A stretch of 63,475 bases of DNA, filler included, from Salisapilia sapeloensis CBS 127946 (taxonomy: Eukaryota > Protista > Oomycota), in assembly GCA_023334545.1 (NCBI GenBank). It is 14 parts of 14 records of this genome, joined end to end, with 100 filler letters (N's around TTAATTAATTAA, not from the genome) between each part and the next. Parts side by side here need not be neighbours in the genome. Positions count along the whole stretch, not along the records: positions 16,873 to 23,347 come from JAADVB010000560.1; positions 23,448 to 27,309 come from JAADVB010000715.1; positions 27,410 to 42,329 come from JAADVB010000378.1; 11 more parts are not named here. One strand, given 5' to 3'. Below are positions 21,899 through 32,431 of the stretch, piece by piece. The stretch's first letter is position 1. Each line of letters opens with the position of its first letter. The notes beneath the pieces are model-generated. The model searched no databases. It saw only the letters and a program-made list of their open reading frames with translations, and was not told the DNA's origin. The position numbers and the translations under genes are program-made.

Positions 21899-23089
21899 TT
21901 TTTAATCCGGAAGAGTTTTTATTGCCTGAACCGGTGCACGCAGTGTCTCATTTTCCATCTACACGACTACTGACAGCTTTTATTGATGGAATGTCTGGAT
22001 CATCTATCATGTTTCATACACGGCAGCAGCAGAAGCGACTATATCGCTTTGATGGGAGGATAGTCAGTCGTTTGATCTATCGCATGGGCTCATCCGAATG
22101 TATAACCGAGTCTGGTGATTTATCAGAAGCATCAATTACTGCACAAGCAGCGACCATAGCTTTCATGGAATATTGGGACTACATGTCTATTTGTGGTTCG
22201 CAGCCCATACTTGGTCTCTATCTAGGATCCTAAAAGGTTATCACTCTCCGATGCATGGTATATAGCCACTGTTGACACCATTATCATAACCACCTATGAG
22301 ATAGGTGACTTATACGGTGATTTTCTGCCGAGGAGATATTCAGTGGAACCTCTACTCTTGCAAAGCAGACAGAAAGACGTCTTGTCAGTTTCTTCCCGGC
22401 TTAAACTTCGCTTCGAACGTACATTAGCGTACAATAATCCAAGGTTCACGTCTTTCAATCCACACCGTTGCGCTTGCACACCAGATCTTTTTCGGCAATC
22501 TAGCATATCCCATACGCAACCGACTTTTACGTCGTCTATGGCGAGTAAATATCTTGCTCATCACAATCTACGCTTGCATAAAATCGAACTTAATCAACAC
22601 AGTAGTATTGACCTAAGCCCAGGGTACCTGTAGAAGCTACGAGTCCCACTTCACATGCAAGTCGGAATGCCACCATGTCAAATTGCAAGATGCGCAACTC
22701 TTTGATTGTCAATTGTTGCACATCGAGTAGGTACATTCAACTTTCTATCCAACTATCTCAGCATCCAATCTGGTGTTTCTAGGAGCATCGTCGCTCGATC
22801 GTGTCAAATTAATCGGTGAAAGTAAGATGACAATCCGACCAGGCCATGGTTGCACTTTTGCAAAGGAATCAACAGAGAGCAGGCTTGGTCAGGCATCTAG
22901 AATCTTCGTTCTCAATCCTAAAATAGCATTTCTTGGTAGATATGCGCCTCGTTTCGAAAAACTAGAGATGAGCTCTTTAAAGTCGAGAGTGTATGAAGAG
23001 AGCTTTCAGGAAGCACACAGGATTGTGGACACACAACCATGATTGAGGAGGTGCGACGATGCTTTTTAGGCATGTTTGGAAAATAATCA

Positions 23090-23347
23090 TGCAGAATGGA
23101 TGGATATTTGTATTTTCGACTCCATACGTACTAGTATCATTGCTTGTTGATGGTGGTTCCCATAAAGCTACTTGGACGACTTGTACCCACGGCATAAGCA
23201 TATCTCGGCATATAGGTATACCAAATCCTACAGCTCTCCAAAGGTGAAGTTGTGGAACTAGTTCTACGTGATTGAGAGAAGAAATTCAGTACTAGGCCAG
23301 CGGCACACTTCCACTCTGGTAAATAGTTAGGCCATGTGCGCGCTGAA
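23090..23347 (+). repeat. Dispersed repeat family, copy 1 (unclassified, probably TE-derived)
   Basis: Last 141 bp (23207-23347) are identical to 53453-53593; the upstream part is similar but diverged. A third, more diverged copy lies near 59545-59825. Confidence 0.85.
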
Positions 23348-23447
23348 NNNNNNNNNNNNNNNNNNNNNNNNNNNNNNNNNNNNNNNNNNNNTTAATTAAT
23401 TAANNNNNNNNNNNNNNNNNNNNNNNNNNNNNNNNNNNNNNNNNNNN
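23348..23447. other. Artificial contig spacer
   Basis: 44N-TTAATTAATTAA-44N. Confidence 0.99.
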
Positions 23448-24127
23448 ACATTTCCAAGATATTAGCTGAAACACGCATTATATCTGTAATTGTGCACTAT
23501 CAAATCATATGCGCACAGACATGTGTACTGGTCGTTACATGATTAAAGACTCTATAGTAAACTTTATGTGTACTGACAGCTTATTTGGGTTGATATGGAC
23601 TCGCTGTTCAGCGAACTAGTTAAAGCGTTATTGCTTAAAATTGTGCTCTGCCCAAGGTATGTAGCACGGATAAATACAAATATCAGATACAAGTTTCCTG
23701 CGCACAAATAACTTTTTAGTGTGCTAACAAACTGCTATTCGAAATATGCCTATTTATATGCCATTCATGCTTGTTATTGCGTTGCATACTTGTAATTACA
23801 TTTGGGGTCTAATATAAGACAAAAGTCTACTACCCCGAACCCCCTTATTATAGTGGTTACTTGGTATATGCGCAATACCTCACGAATAGTTCACTTCAAG
23901 ATTCTCCACGAGTCCGACTATACTATCCTGCCCATAAACCCATAAAACGTCCATTCACAAATATAGTAGTTCTATTTTTAGACGGCAGTGCACTAATACT
24001 GCTATCCGGCAGTTACATAATAGTACGGATCGCTAGTTATGGGTTTAAATGCTTCGTTGTTATGTTTGAGAGATTTTTTGACGGAAGACGAAGAAGAGGA
24101 AGAGTTTATTTACAATTTGCATTTTCC

Positions 24128-25446
24128 ATGATGCCCCCTGTCAAAGGCACCAAGTGTGGACCGGGTGGCTTAATACCCGGCAAAGCTCCCAATATGCAAC
24201 GTAAGTTCCATTCAAGATACACGCGTGTGTTTGAGCAGTACTTTGGCTACTTCCCTGTCTATAATGCGCATGACTTTAGACGACGTTTCCGGATGACGAA
24301 GGATTTTTTCAACAAAATAGTGACGGAAGTTGAGAGTTTCGATGATTTCTTCAAACTATGACAATATGCAGCCGGTCGCGTCGGAATATCGAGTCTATTG
24401 AAGGTTACTAGTGCACTTCGAGTACTTGCGTATGCTTCATCATTTGATGCTGTCGACGAAATTTTAGAGATGTCCGAATTCACAGTACGAGTATGCATCC
24501 AACATTTCTATGAAGCAATAGTTACTTTATTTGAATGAGAGTATCTTCATCAACCAAAACGAAGCGAGATAAAAGTACTGCTCATTCAAAATGCTAGAAG
24601 AGGCTCTACCAGAATGATAGGCTCTATTGACTCTATGCATTAGGTTTGGAAAAACTGTCCAATGGCTCTCTCAGGGCAGCATAAAGGAAAAAAAGCCTAG
24701 TAAAGTTTTGGAGGTAGTATCAGACTATAAACTTCGAATATGGCATTTGAATTGCGGCTCTCCTGGATCTTTAGACGACCTAAACACATTAGAGCAATCT
24801 CCTTTGTTCGATACTCTTCTACGCAATGACTCCGCCAGAGTTGACTACGAGATTAACGGTACGACTTATCCATTTAGACATTCCATTTTATCTAAAACAA
24901 ACTGCTGAAAATTGTATAGGAAATAAGTACGATATGCCATACCTATTGGCGTACGGTATCTATCCGAATTGGTCTGTCTTCGTAAAGTCGATAGAGAAGC
25001 CAATCGGTCAGAATTTTCAACACTATGCACGGGTCCAATAATTATGTCGGAAAGACGTTGAGCGTTGCTTCAGAGTACTTCAGGCTTGTTGGCGTATCCT
25101 CAAGACACCATGTCGCCTATGGAGTGCTTCTGCAATGGATAACTTTATAAAGACATGCGCGATAATGCACAATATGATAGTTGAGGATGAATGGGTTGAA
25201 GGTAGAGTCGATCTCCACTCGTACTTTTTCGATCCATCTAATGAACCAGGAGGGATACCATCTTTATCAGTGTCGCGTCCGCTTCCTTTCACTATGTCAA
25301 GTGTCGAAACGCTGGTCCTGCGTTCAGCTAGACTACGAAATAAGCTACAACATTCAAGGTTACAGAATGATCTTGTGGTACATTTATGGGATAGTTATGG
25401 AGAAAATTTGGTAAAAGAATCAATGTATTATCGTTTGCAATGTTGA
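24128..25446 (+). pseudogene. PIF/Harbinger (Plant_tran/DDE) transposase with nonsense mutations and one 61-nt intron
   Basis: FRRRFRMTKDFF, LKVTSALRVLAY, IGSIDSMH*VWKNCP, GSLDDLN, YGIYP, RKDVERCFRVLQACW, CAIMHNMIVEDE. Several in-frame stops. Confidence 0.9.
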
Positions 25447-25448
25447 CT

Positions 25449-26332
25449 CTAAACAACCGCATTTGAAACATCGGCCGTATCGATCTCCATATAAGCTTCG
25501 CTAGTACTGCCAGCAGCATCGTCATTTTTTGTTCTAGACGCACTACATTGCACATGATTGCTAATAGAACCGGTGTTTGGCTCAATCTCGCATTGCATTT
25601 CAACTCTAAGTCGCCTTATAGCTTCTAGCCTTTTCAATCGAAGAAATTATGCTGCAATAAAGTCGTCTCTGTTTGCTGGAAGACAAAACAAACTTAAATC
25701 AAGATGATCTCTAGCTAGATTAATGCGCATTTCGGCGTTCAATACTGCTTTTCGGCAGCCTTTGCTTGTCGAAAATAGAGAATAAGATGTTTGCGCTCTA
25801 TCTTTGCCTTACTAGCACATACAGAACGATCGCCACTTGCCTTTGGTGATCCTGTAGAGACAGCGAACTCTCTTCGTTCATTTGAAATTACCGCATCAGC
25901 CGTTTCCGAGTCGAGAGGTGAATCCGATTCATCAAAGTCAGCTTCATAATGCGACCTTTTCTGTGCCTGCTTTCGCTTAAAGCTACTAGAGTGCCAGGAA
26001 CCTCATTTGTGTGAGTCTCTCAACACATACCAACATTGCAAAAACTTAAAGGGTACATTTGTAGCCTGGTATAAAGTTACGGCGTCGTGCTCAATCTCCG
26101 TAGGCGAACGACCGCTAACACAATTGGCGACGAACGTGTTGTGGCAACCGATAAACTTCGAGACGGCATGCGCAATGGTCAGGAAGCGCGCTGCTAAGGA
26201 CGTCGTGGTACGGTCATCAATGAGCGCATTCTGATGCCTTCGCTCAGCGTCAAAGGCCGTCTTAATTTTTTGTAGAAGTCGTCATCACCTTGGTATATAC
26301 CTGCGGTTGGGTCGCAACTGATAGTTAATCAT
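25449..26332 (-). pseudogene. PIF/Harbinger ORF1 (Myb/SANT-like, NAM-associated) with stops
   Basis: Manual translation: DRTTTSLAARFLTIAHAVSKFIGC...SGRSPTEIEHDAVTLYQ...FKFLQCWYVLRDSHK*. This matches the Harbinger DNA-binding partner pattern. Confidence 0.75.
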
Positions 26333-26903
26333 GCCTGACAAAGTACTTTGTCTTTATTCGGCTTGTAACTAGCACCTTGCGACTTTGACATGAGAGCTAC
26401 GGATAATATCTATTGCAAAGAAACAAATAGTGATTTTGAGCCTCACGTCTCACTGCTATTCTCGCTGCCAAATTTAGCGACAAAGTAGTAGCAGTGGTGC
26501 AAAATGAAAAGCTAATTTTGGCGACCAAATATAACTTTGAAATGGCAATAGTCGGACTGGTGGAGATGCTCTTACCCCATTAATATGCATTATCTAAGTC
26601 AAAGTACATTTTCTTTGTAAACATGCATTATTCTTGTGTCAGAGTAGTATTTAACATTTAGACATATACCTCACAAAAAGCGGGATTCTATAGATGTATG
26701 ATCAGAAGTAGGTCCCAGTGCATAAACCCATTACCAAAACATGTTGACTTAAAACGTGCATTTTTGAGATTATACGCTTTACGTCTAAAGAAACACTTGG
26801 GGTCTAACGAACAAGAAGATATGAACCTCTCTTACGTAACGTGCATAATAATGAAATCTGCTGCTAATGAATGCAAAGTATGCAAGCTCGAGTTAATCGC
26901 AAT

Positions 26904-27308
26904 TCAAGCATCATTTCTCTCCTCTTCCTTCCAACCGACGGTAGTCGAATCATCCTGTCGGAGTCGCAATTCAGTCATCTTTAGCCAAGCCAGCTGTCGA
27001 TCACGCTCTTGCTCTTTCAGATCAAGTTCCACCGAGCTAGTCCTCCACACATTTTCAAGGATCATATCCCATTCCTCTGAATCGGTCGAAGCACCTCGCA
27101 TAATCGAACCTTCATCTGAGGAACACTTCGTTAAATCAACACTGGGAATGTCACCATTCAGTGATGTAAACTGAGCAAATGCGCTGAGTGAACCTTCGGT
27201 TGAAGGACTAAATTGATCCGAGTCAAACTCGTAGACTTCGCCAGCGCAGGATTCTCTACCGGACCAGGCATTCGATTCTTCTGTCAGTTGAGAGATTCTG
27301 GATGGCTC
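26904..27308 (-). CDS. 3' end of unidentified protein (partial; open to contig end)
   Basis: Open frame from the contig edge: EPSRISQLTEE...EEWDMILENVWR...DRQLAWLKMTEL...NDA*. Confidence 0.5.
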   Translation of the reverse strand, partial: EPSRISQLTEESNAWSGRESCAGEVYEFDSDQFSPSTEGSLSAFAQFTSLNGDIPSVDLTKCSSDEGSIMRGASTDSEEWDMILENVWRTSSVELDLKEQERDRQLAWLKMTELRLRQDDSTTVGWKEEERNDA

Positions 27309-27309
27309 A

Positions 27310-27409
27310 NNNNNNNNNNNNNNNNNNNNNNNNNNNNNNNNNNNNNNNNNNNNTTAATTAATTAANNNNNNNNNNNNNNNNNNNNNNNNNNNNNNNNNNN
27401 NNNNNNNNN
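27310..27409. other. Artificial contig spacer
   Basis: 44N-TTAATTAATTAA-44N. Confidence 0.99.
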
Positions 27410-27613
27410 CTGCTTGGCACGCAGCTGCGTCTTCAACTGCTGGATCTGCGCCTCCACGTCCTCCACCAAGCTCATAACCTCTTGGTAATGTCGTCTGCCC
27501 CTTGACGCCTTAGCTTACTCGTCGTCAGATTTCGTTGGTGGAAAATGAAGTACTAAGAGTTGATTGGTGTAAAAAATTGCAACGAATATCTAATGCAATA
27601 ACTAGAGTTCAAA

Positions 27614-28203
27614 ATGCAGACTTCGACGCGAGTGGAGACTACGGAAGGAGAGCTAGTGGTCCCGAAGGAGGTGCACGATGCGATGGTTCAGGTGGAAAGC
27701 GCTTCGCCGTTGGTCTCAGCCGAAGGATTTTCCAAACTCTCGCACGCGACGTTTAATAATCGTATGGTGATCCGGTAGATCGCTTGAGGAAGTATGGGTG
27801 TCTAACTAGAACTGCAATAGCGATGATGAAAGAGTCAGCTGGAGCTGCGGGTGCTATTCAGACCATTGTCCAAGCGTTGGAACGTAATCAGGGGAACGGA
27901 AGCGTGCAAGAGGACGGCTGCCATGCCCTCCGGAATATCTGCTTTCATTGTCCCGCCAACCTCGACTTGGCTCGAGAGCAAGGTGCGATAGGTTGCGTCA
28001 TGAAGGCACTTGAGATGCATTTAGACAACGAGGCAGTGCAGATGGAAGGCTGCTGGGCTCTATTGGTCTTCTGTACGAACCACGAGACCAATACGGCCGC
28101 AGCTTCCTCTGCCCTCCCTTTGATTCGTCAGGCAGTCGACAAGTATCCTGAGAACAAGGACATTCAGAGTAAAGGCAAATTTCTGCAAGTGCTTTTAGCC
28201 TAA
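27614..28203 (+). CDS. Small armadillo-repeat protein, 2 exons
   Basis: MQTSTRVETTEG...HATFNN, then an intron (GTATGG...ctaac...AATAG), then PMMKESAGAAGAIQTIVQAL...VQEDGCHALRNIC...VQMEGCWALLVFC. Confidence 0.75.
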
Positions 28204-29035
28204 AATTATTGTTGATTGCATTGAAGCGGTCTCTTGCTACTTTGATTGACTACGAATGAGGTCGAGTACAAGAGAGTGAAATAGGACAGACGCTTGATCC
28301 TCTATGGCAACGTCGTACGTTGGGAAGCACGACAGAATGGATCACGACAACCAAGCTAGACGTACTGCGCTGTACCTTATTGTCGATCCAGAGGGTGCTT
28401 GACGTGCTATCCTCTCTTCACACGTACTGAAATTATTGAAGCGTACGACAGTCTAGCTTTGTTTATGCGCCAAGTTCATCTACTGTTCAGTACCTTCACC
28501 TACGTTCCCCATGCAGGACGATCTGCCTTGTTTAGAATTAACTTCTCACGCCGAGCGTGGTTCGTCTATGACGAGAACTGGCACGTAAGTACGACTCTTC
28601 GTCCAGTACCTTGAAGCTGTGAGCAATAAGCGCACGAAAGAGCACAGTAACTTTTCATTGACCATGCGGAGGATGCGAAGGAAGATAAAGTCCGGAGGAT
28701 CGACTTTCGTGTTCCGAGTACTATCCATCTTGAAAACATCTTCATCAGATTCGTAGCGGACATTTTCATGAAAACATACCACTTTTACGAATATGCACTC
28801 ACTTTTCTTACGCGATGTGAATTGATTTCGCCATGCGGTGCGACTCTTCTGCCGGAGTGACGTGATGGCAGCTGCAAATTCTTTGGAGACGGCCTGCCGA
28901 TGTCTTCAGCGGATTCGATGACGAGAAGTTGAAGGTCTCCGAGAATTTCAGCCAACGAGAGCGCTGATGCACCATTTTTAGCCAATAAGACGCACCCATG
29001 ATTCTCGGGAGCGCAAGAAGCCGAGTGGGAGCACG

Positions 29036-30484
29036 ATGGAGTCGACTGGGCATGGCACCTGGCAGGCCGATCTAGCTCTGACGGACGAGTTGCAATCCAT
29101 CTTTGCCTGCGCTGCCCCAGGAACGTCGACGTCGACGACTTCATCCTCGACTGCGCTTTTGGAGGACTTTTTCCACGCTTCAGCTTCAAGCGAAGCAGAC
29201 CAGCTACTGTGGGAGCACAACGCTCCGACTTATTCAGCGAACAGTGGGTCCGACAAGCGGAAGGCAGAGCAAGAGGACAATTATGAACGTAAGAAGAAGC
29301 GCGCAAAGCTGAATCGGCAGGACCTGAATTCGCAGTTCCAGCGTCTGATGAAGCTGCTCCATTTGCAGGAGGACCGGAAGGTAAATCGAGCCAAGATTGT
29401 GGGTAAAGCCATTGAGCACATTGAGAAGCAGGACGCAGAGATCAAGGAACTGCGGCGTCAGCTGAATGCGTCGAAGTCGCGAGAAGAACCGGTGAAAAAG
29501 ACGAGTCCGATGGTGTGGAATGGACTGCCGCCCATGAGTTTATGGATGCCGCTCGATCCACGTCTGTGCGCTCTGAAGAAGAGGAGGAAGGTGGTGGTGG
29601 AAGAGCGAAAGGGTCTGGAATGGGTGGCGAGAGAAGTGCCGACGCTGCTCTGTCTGTGTGATGCGTGGACGGTGAGGAGTGTGATGCAGGTGAGCAAGAG
29701 CATGTACAAACAGAGCGCTAATAAGGAGCTGTGGAGAAGGTTGTGTCGAAAACGATGGAAAGCGTTGGGGGTGGAGCATGCGAGCAATCCGCAGCGACTG
29801 GTACGTGTGACATGGATCATGTAGGTTTCGTTTCCGGTACTGACGTATGCTGTTTCTAGTGGAAAAAATGGCACAACGAGAACAAGATGCCTTTCTGCTC
29901 CTCCATCGGCGTACGTATATTGTATATCATGTCTATGCTGTGTCTGATTGAAGAAAGATAGGACGAGCAACGGCGAGTGGCGTCTGCCTATGCAGATGGG
30001 GTGGGTGTCTGGGCGCTGCTTTCTCGGCGTTCCAATGGCCGAACCAGTCGGTCTGTCTTGGAGGACGGTCGGGCCGTCGTGAAGCAAGTGGTGCATCTTT
30101 ACGTTGTGGTCCAGAGCCATTTGCATCGACCTGTCCAGATCGAATCAGTGCCCCGAGTGTTTGACAAGGCGGAGAAAGATTTTCCTTCCGTACAGCAAGG
30201 CCCGTTTGCGCCGAGCGTGGTCGAGTGGAATGACAGTGTCTTGTCCGACGAAAGGGTCGAGTTGCAGCGTCTGCATCAAGGCGACGTCTGTGTGGTGAGC
30301 CTGTTCATCGAGTGCAGTGGAGTGGACGAAGAAGAGGTGTTTTTGCAAAGGTGCGTGTTTATATTAGCAAAAGGAGGTAGTACGCACTAAGCGATGGACT
30401 AGACTGGGAGGTGTGGATATGCGTTTATCAAACGGAGCGAGCGTTCGAGCGATAGTTGAGGCTACTTGGACGAAATCGGACTGA
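29036..30484 (+). CDS. bHLH-zipper + F-box-like fusion protein, 4 exons (inferred)
   Basis: bHLH-LZ: ERKKKRAKLNRQDLNSQFQRLMKLL...KVNRAKIVGKAIEHIEKQDAEIKELRRQL. F-box-like: TLLCLCDAWTVRSVMQVSKSMYKQSANKELWRRLCRKRW. Three GT-AG introns give a continuous frame. If the last intron (30351-30402) is not used, the CDS ends at 30390. Confidence 0.75.
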
Positions 30485-31724
30485 ATGGATGTTGCTTTTG
30501 AACGGAGAAATAATCGAATAGTGTCGTTCTCTTCCTCTTCTTGGACTGTTGACTCCAGATTGTTCGTCCATGGCTTGGAGTGTCTGGACTAGGCGATTCT
30601 GGCAATACTCGATGCACTCCTTCTTCCAAGTCATCCGCACAAGTGTCGAGATGCCATCGACCAGACTCTAGCTCAGCTTGGACTGTCTTTCCAGTCCGAG
30701 TGGACGCACAAGGCGAATGGACGCGGACACTTCCATCATCCGAACAAGAGGCAAAGAGAGATGGTGATCGACAGACCCCATTGACTTCGCCCGAGTGACA
30801 CTTGATGACAAAAGAAGCTCTTCTCGACCGACTGTCGTAGAGGTAGACGAGCCCATCGGACGAGCCTGCGACAACAGCATCCCCGTCCGCAATAAAGTCG
30901 CTTTGGATGTAAAAGGAAGAGGTCTTGTGTGTGCTGCAGACGCCATAGACGTGCGACTGAGATGGGCTGGCGCTGTCGTAGTGGACAACAAACGAGCCTT
31001 CGTGTAATACGTTGACGAGCAGTCGAGTGCGACGCTCATCTTTGCGAAGGCTGGTAATGCCGTGGCAAGTGGGTGAGCACAGAAAGCTGGAGACTGGCGT
31101 CACCTTTTTCCGCACGTGGAGAGATGCGAGCGACTGGAGGCGCCGGGTGTCCCACCAAAGCACTCGGCTGTCACTTGACCCGCCCGAAACGATGCAAGAT
31201 CCGTCAAAGAGTAGAGAGGTGATGCTGGATCGTGGCGTATGCGCATTTGGGATACTAACGATCGAACGGTTTCCTGGGGTACGAATGTCATAGACACGGA
31301 TGGACCCGTCTCGACCGCCAGAAAGAAGGAGATGGCCGTGCTGCTGGACGCACTTGACGCTGCCGGAGTGGCCTGTGTAGGTGGAAAGGTGCGACTGTCG
31401 GGAGATGTCAAAGCTTTTGACCGTGCCATCGCCGGAAGCGGAGAAGACTGTAGTCGACGACAGATCCAAGTCGAAGATGGCGTTGTCGTGCGCTAGGATC
31501 GTCGTTTGAGTCGCCCGGCCATCTGAGAGCAGGACCGAGCCGGCTTCACCTGCAGCTGCTATCAAGCGATCCTTAGTTGCGATGTGATACAGCGGCCGGC
31601 TCAATGACGACGTGTGACTGGTGGACGAGAGCGTCGGAAAGATGTGAGCGTTCAGATAGGTGCGTGGATTTGAAATGGCAGATTGTTCTCTTCGCGAAAG
31701 AAGTTCCGGGAGGCAGCGTTTCAT
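30462..31724 (-). CDS. DTL: Cdt2/denticleless-like WD40 protein
   Basis: AHDNAIFDL, SASGDGTVK, GHSGSVKCV, LSGGRDGSIRVYDIR, HKTSSFYIQS, GSSDGLVYLYD, HSGEVNGV. C-terminal KRKRTTLFDYF is PIP-box-like. First ATG at 31724. Confidence 0.85.
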   Translation of the reverse strand: MKRCLPELLSRREQSAISNPRTYLNAHIFPTLSSTSHTSSLSRPLYHIATKDRLIAAAGEAGSVLLSDGRATQTTILAHDNAIFDLDLSSTTVFSASGDGTVKSFDISRQSHLSTYTGHSGSVKCVQQHGHLLLSGGRDGSIRVYDIRTPGNRSIVSIPNAHTPRSSITSLLFDGSCIVSGGSSDSRVLWWDTRRLQSLASLHVRKKVTPVSSFLCSPTCHGITSLRKDERRTRLLVNVLHEGSFVVHYDSASPSQSHVYGVCSTHKTSSFYIQSDFIADGDAVVAGSSDGLVYLYDSRSRRASFVIKCHSGEVNGVCRSPSLFASCSDDGSVRVHSPCASTRTGKTVQAELESGRWHLDTCADDLEEGVHRVLPESPSPDTPSHGRTIWSQQSKKRKRTTLFDYFSVQKQHPFSPISSK

Positions 31725-32431
31725 ACTGAAGCACGACGGCGACGTGGTCGGAGGTGGCCAGCAAAATCGACTTCGTTTTGGCGGGAAACACAGGCTCCCT
31801 CTGGTCGTAAGGTCCATTTATAGCCAATAACAGCGCTCTTGAAGTTGCATCAGTCGTCGGATTGTAAAGCCGTGACGGGCCTTTCGATCAGCTGTGTCCC
31901 ACTCACGCGAGCGCGGAAAGGAAAATGTTCCGGGCGAAGATTTGAGCTAGCTACCAACTCTACAAAGCTTCGAAAGAATCCGGCGAGAGGAAGTAGCTGC
32001 TTGCTAGAATAAGTAGATGCTCGAAAGACATTGTTGAATAATTGTACGGAGAAGCTTCGCGGACGACACTCTTGTTCGAACGGTGTGACCTAAAAACAGA
32101 AAAAAAAATGATCCTGAAACCGTGCGCATCCAGGGTGGAAGGCTTTCCGTACAACGTCTTTCCCAAAGGGCGCCGCCGACTCGAGTTCAGCGCAGAACTG
32201 GCACCACAGATCGTAATCCCTGTCGTCTTAATTTTTTACGTTCCTTGGGATATAGAGACGACGGACGTCAAACAAGACATCTTTGGAAGAAAAAAGGACG
32301 GAGGCTACAAACTCCTAGGAGGCTTGGTACCAAGAGCCACATTTCTTCTCTTGCTCTCATTTTTACTTTCCAACCCCAAGCCCAAGCGCCTTTGCCAGCT
32401 TATCTACTATCCCACTCTCGATCTTAAACCG

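Larger units (their letters stand above)
23897..26571 (+). mobile_element. Decayed two-ORF PIF/Harbinger DNA transposon (~2.7 kb)
   Basis: Right TIR atagtcggactggtggagatgctc (26548-26571) is followed by TTA. Its reverse complement matches ctccacgagtccgactat at 23904-23921 (18/18 apart from one base), with the outer end eroded. The element encloses a transposase and a convergent Myb/NAM-associated ORF. Confidence 0.85.

Noticed and set aside
19960-23090. Possible retrotransposon or other TE coding relics around the tRNA (e.g. ORF 21153-21545)
   Set aside because: Stop-ridden frames with no diagnostic RT, integrase or transposase motif that I could confirm.
32042-32431. ORF-track N-terminal extension of the HSF gene (and similar TTG/GTG starts at 17343, 31817, 19959)
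   Set aside because: These use non-ATG or far-upstream starts through promoter-like sequence. Downstream ATGs give more plausible eukaryotic proteins.
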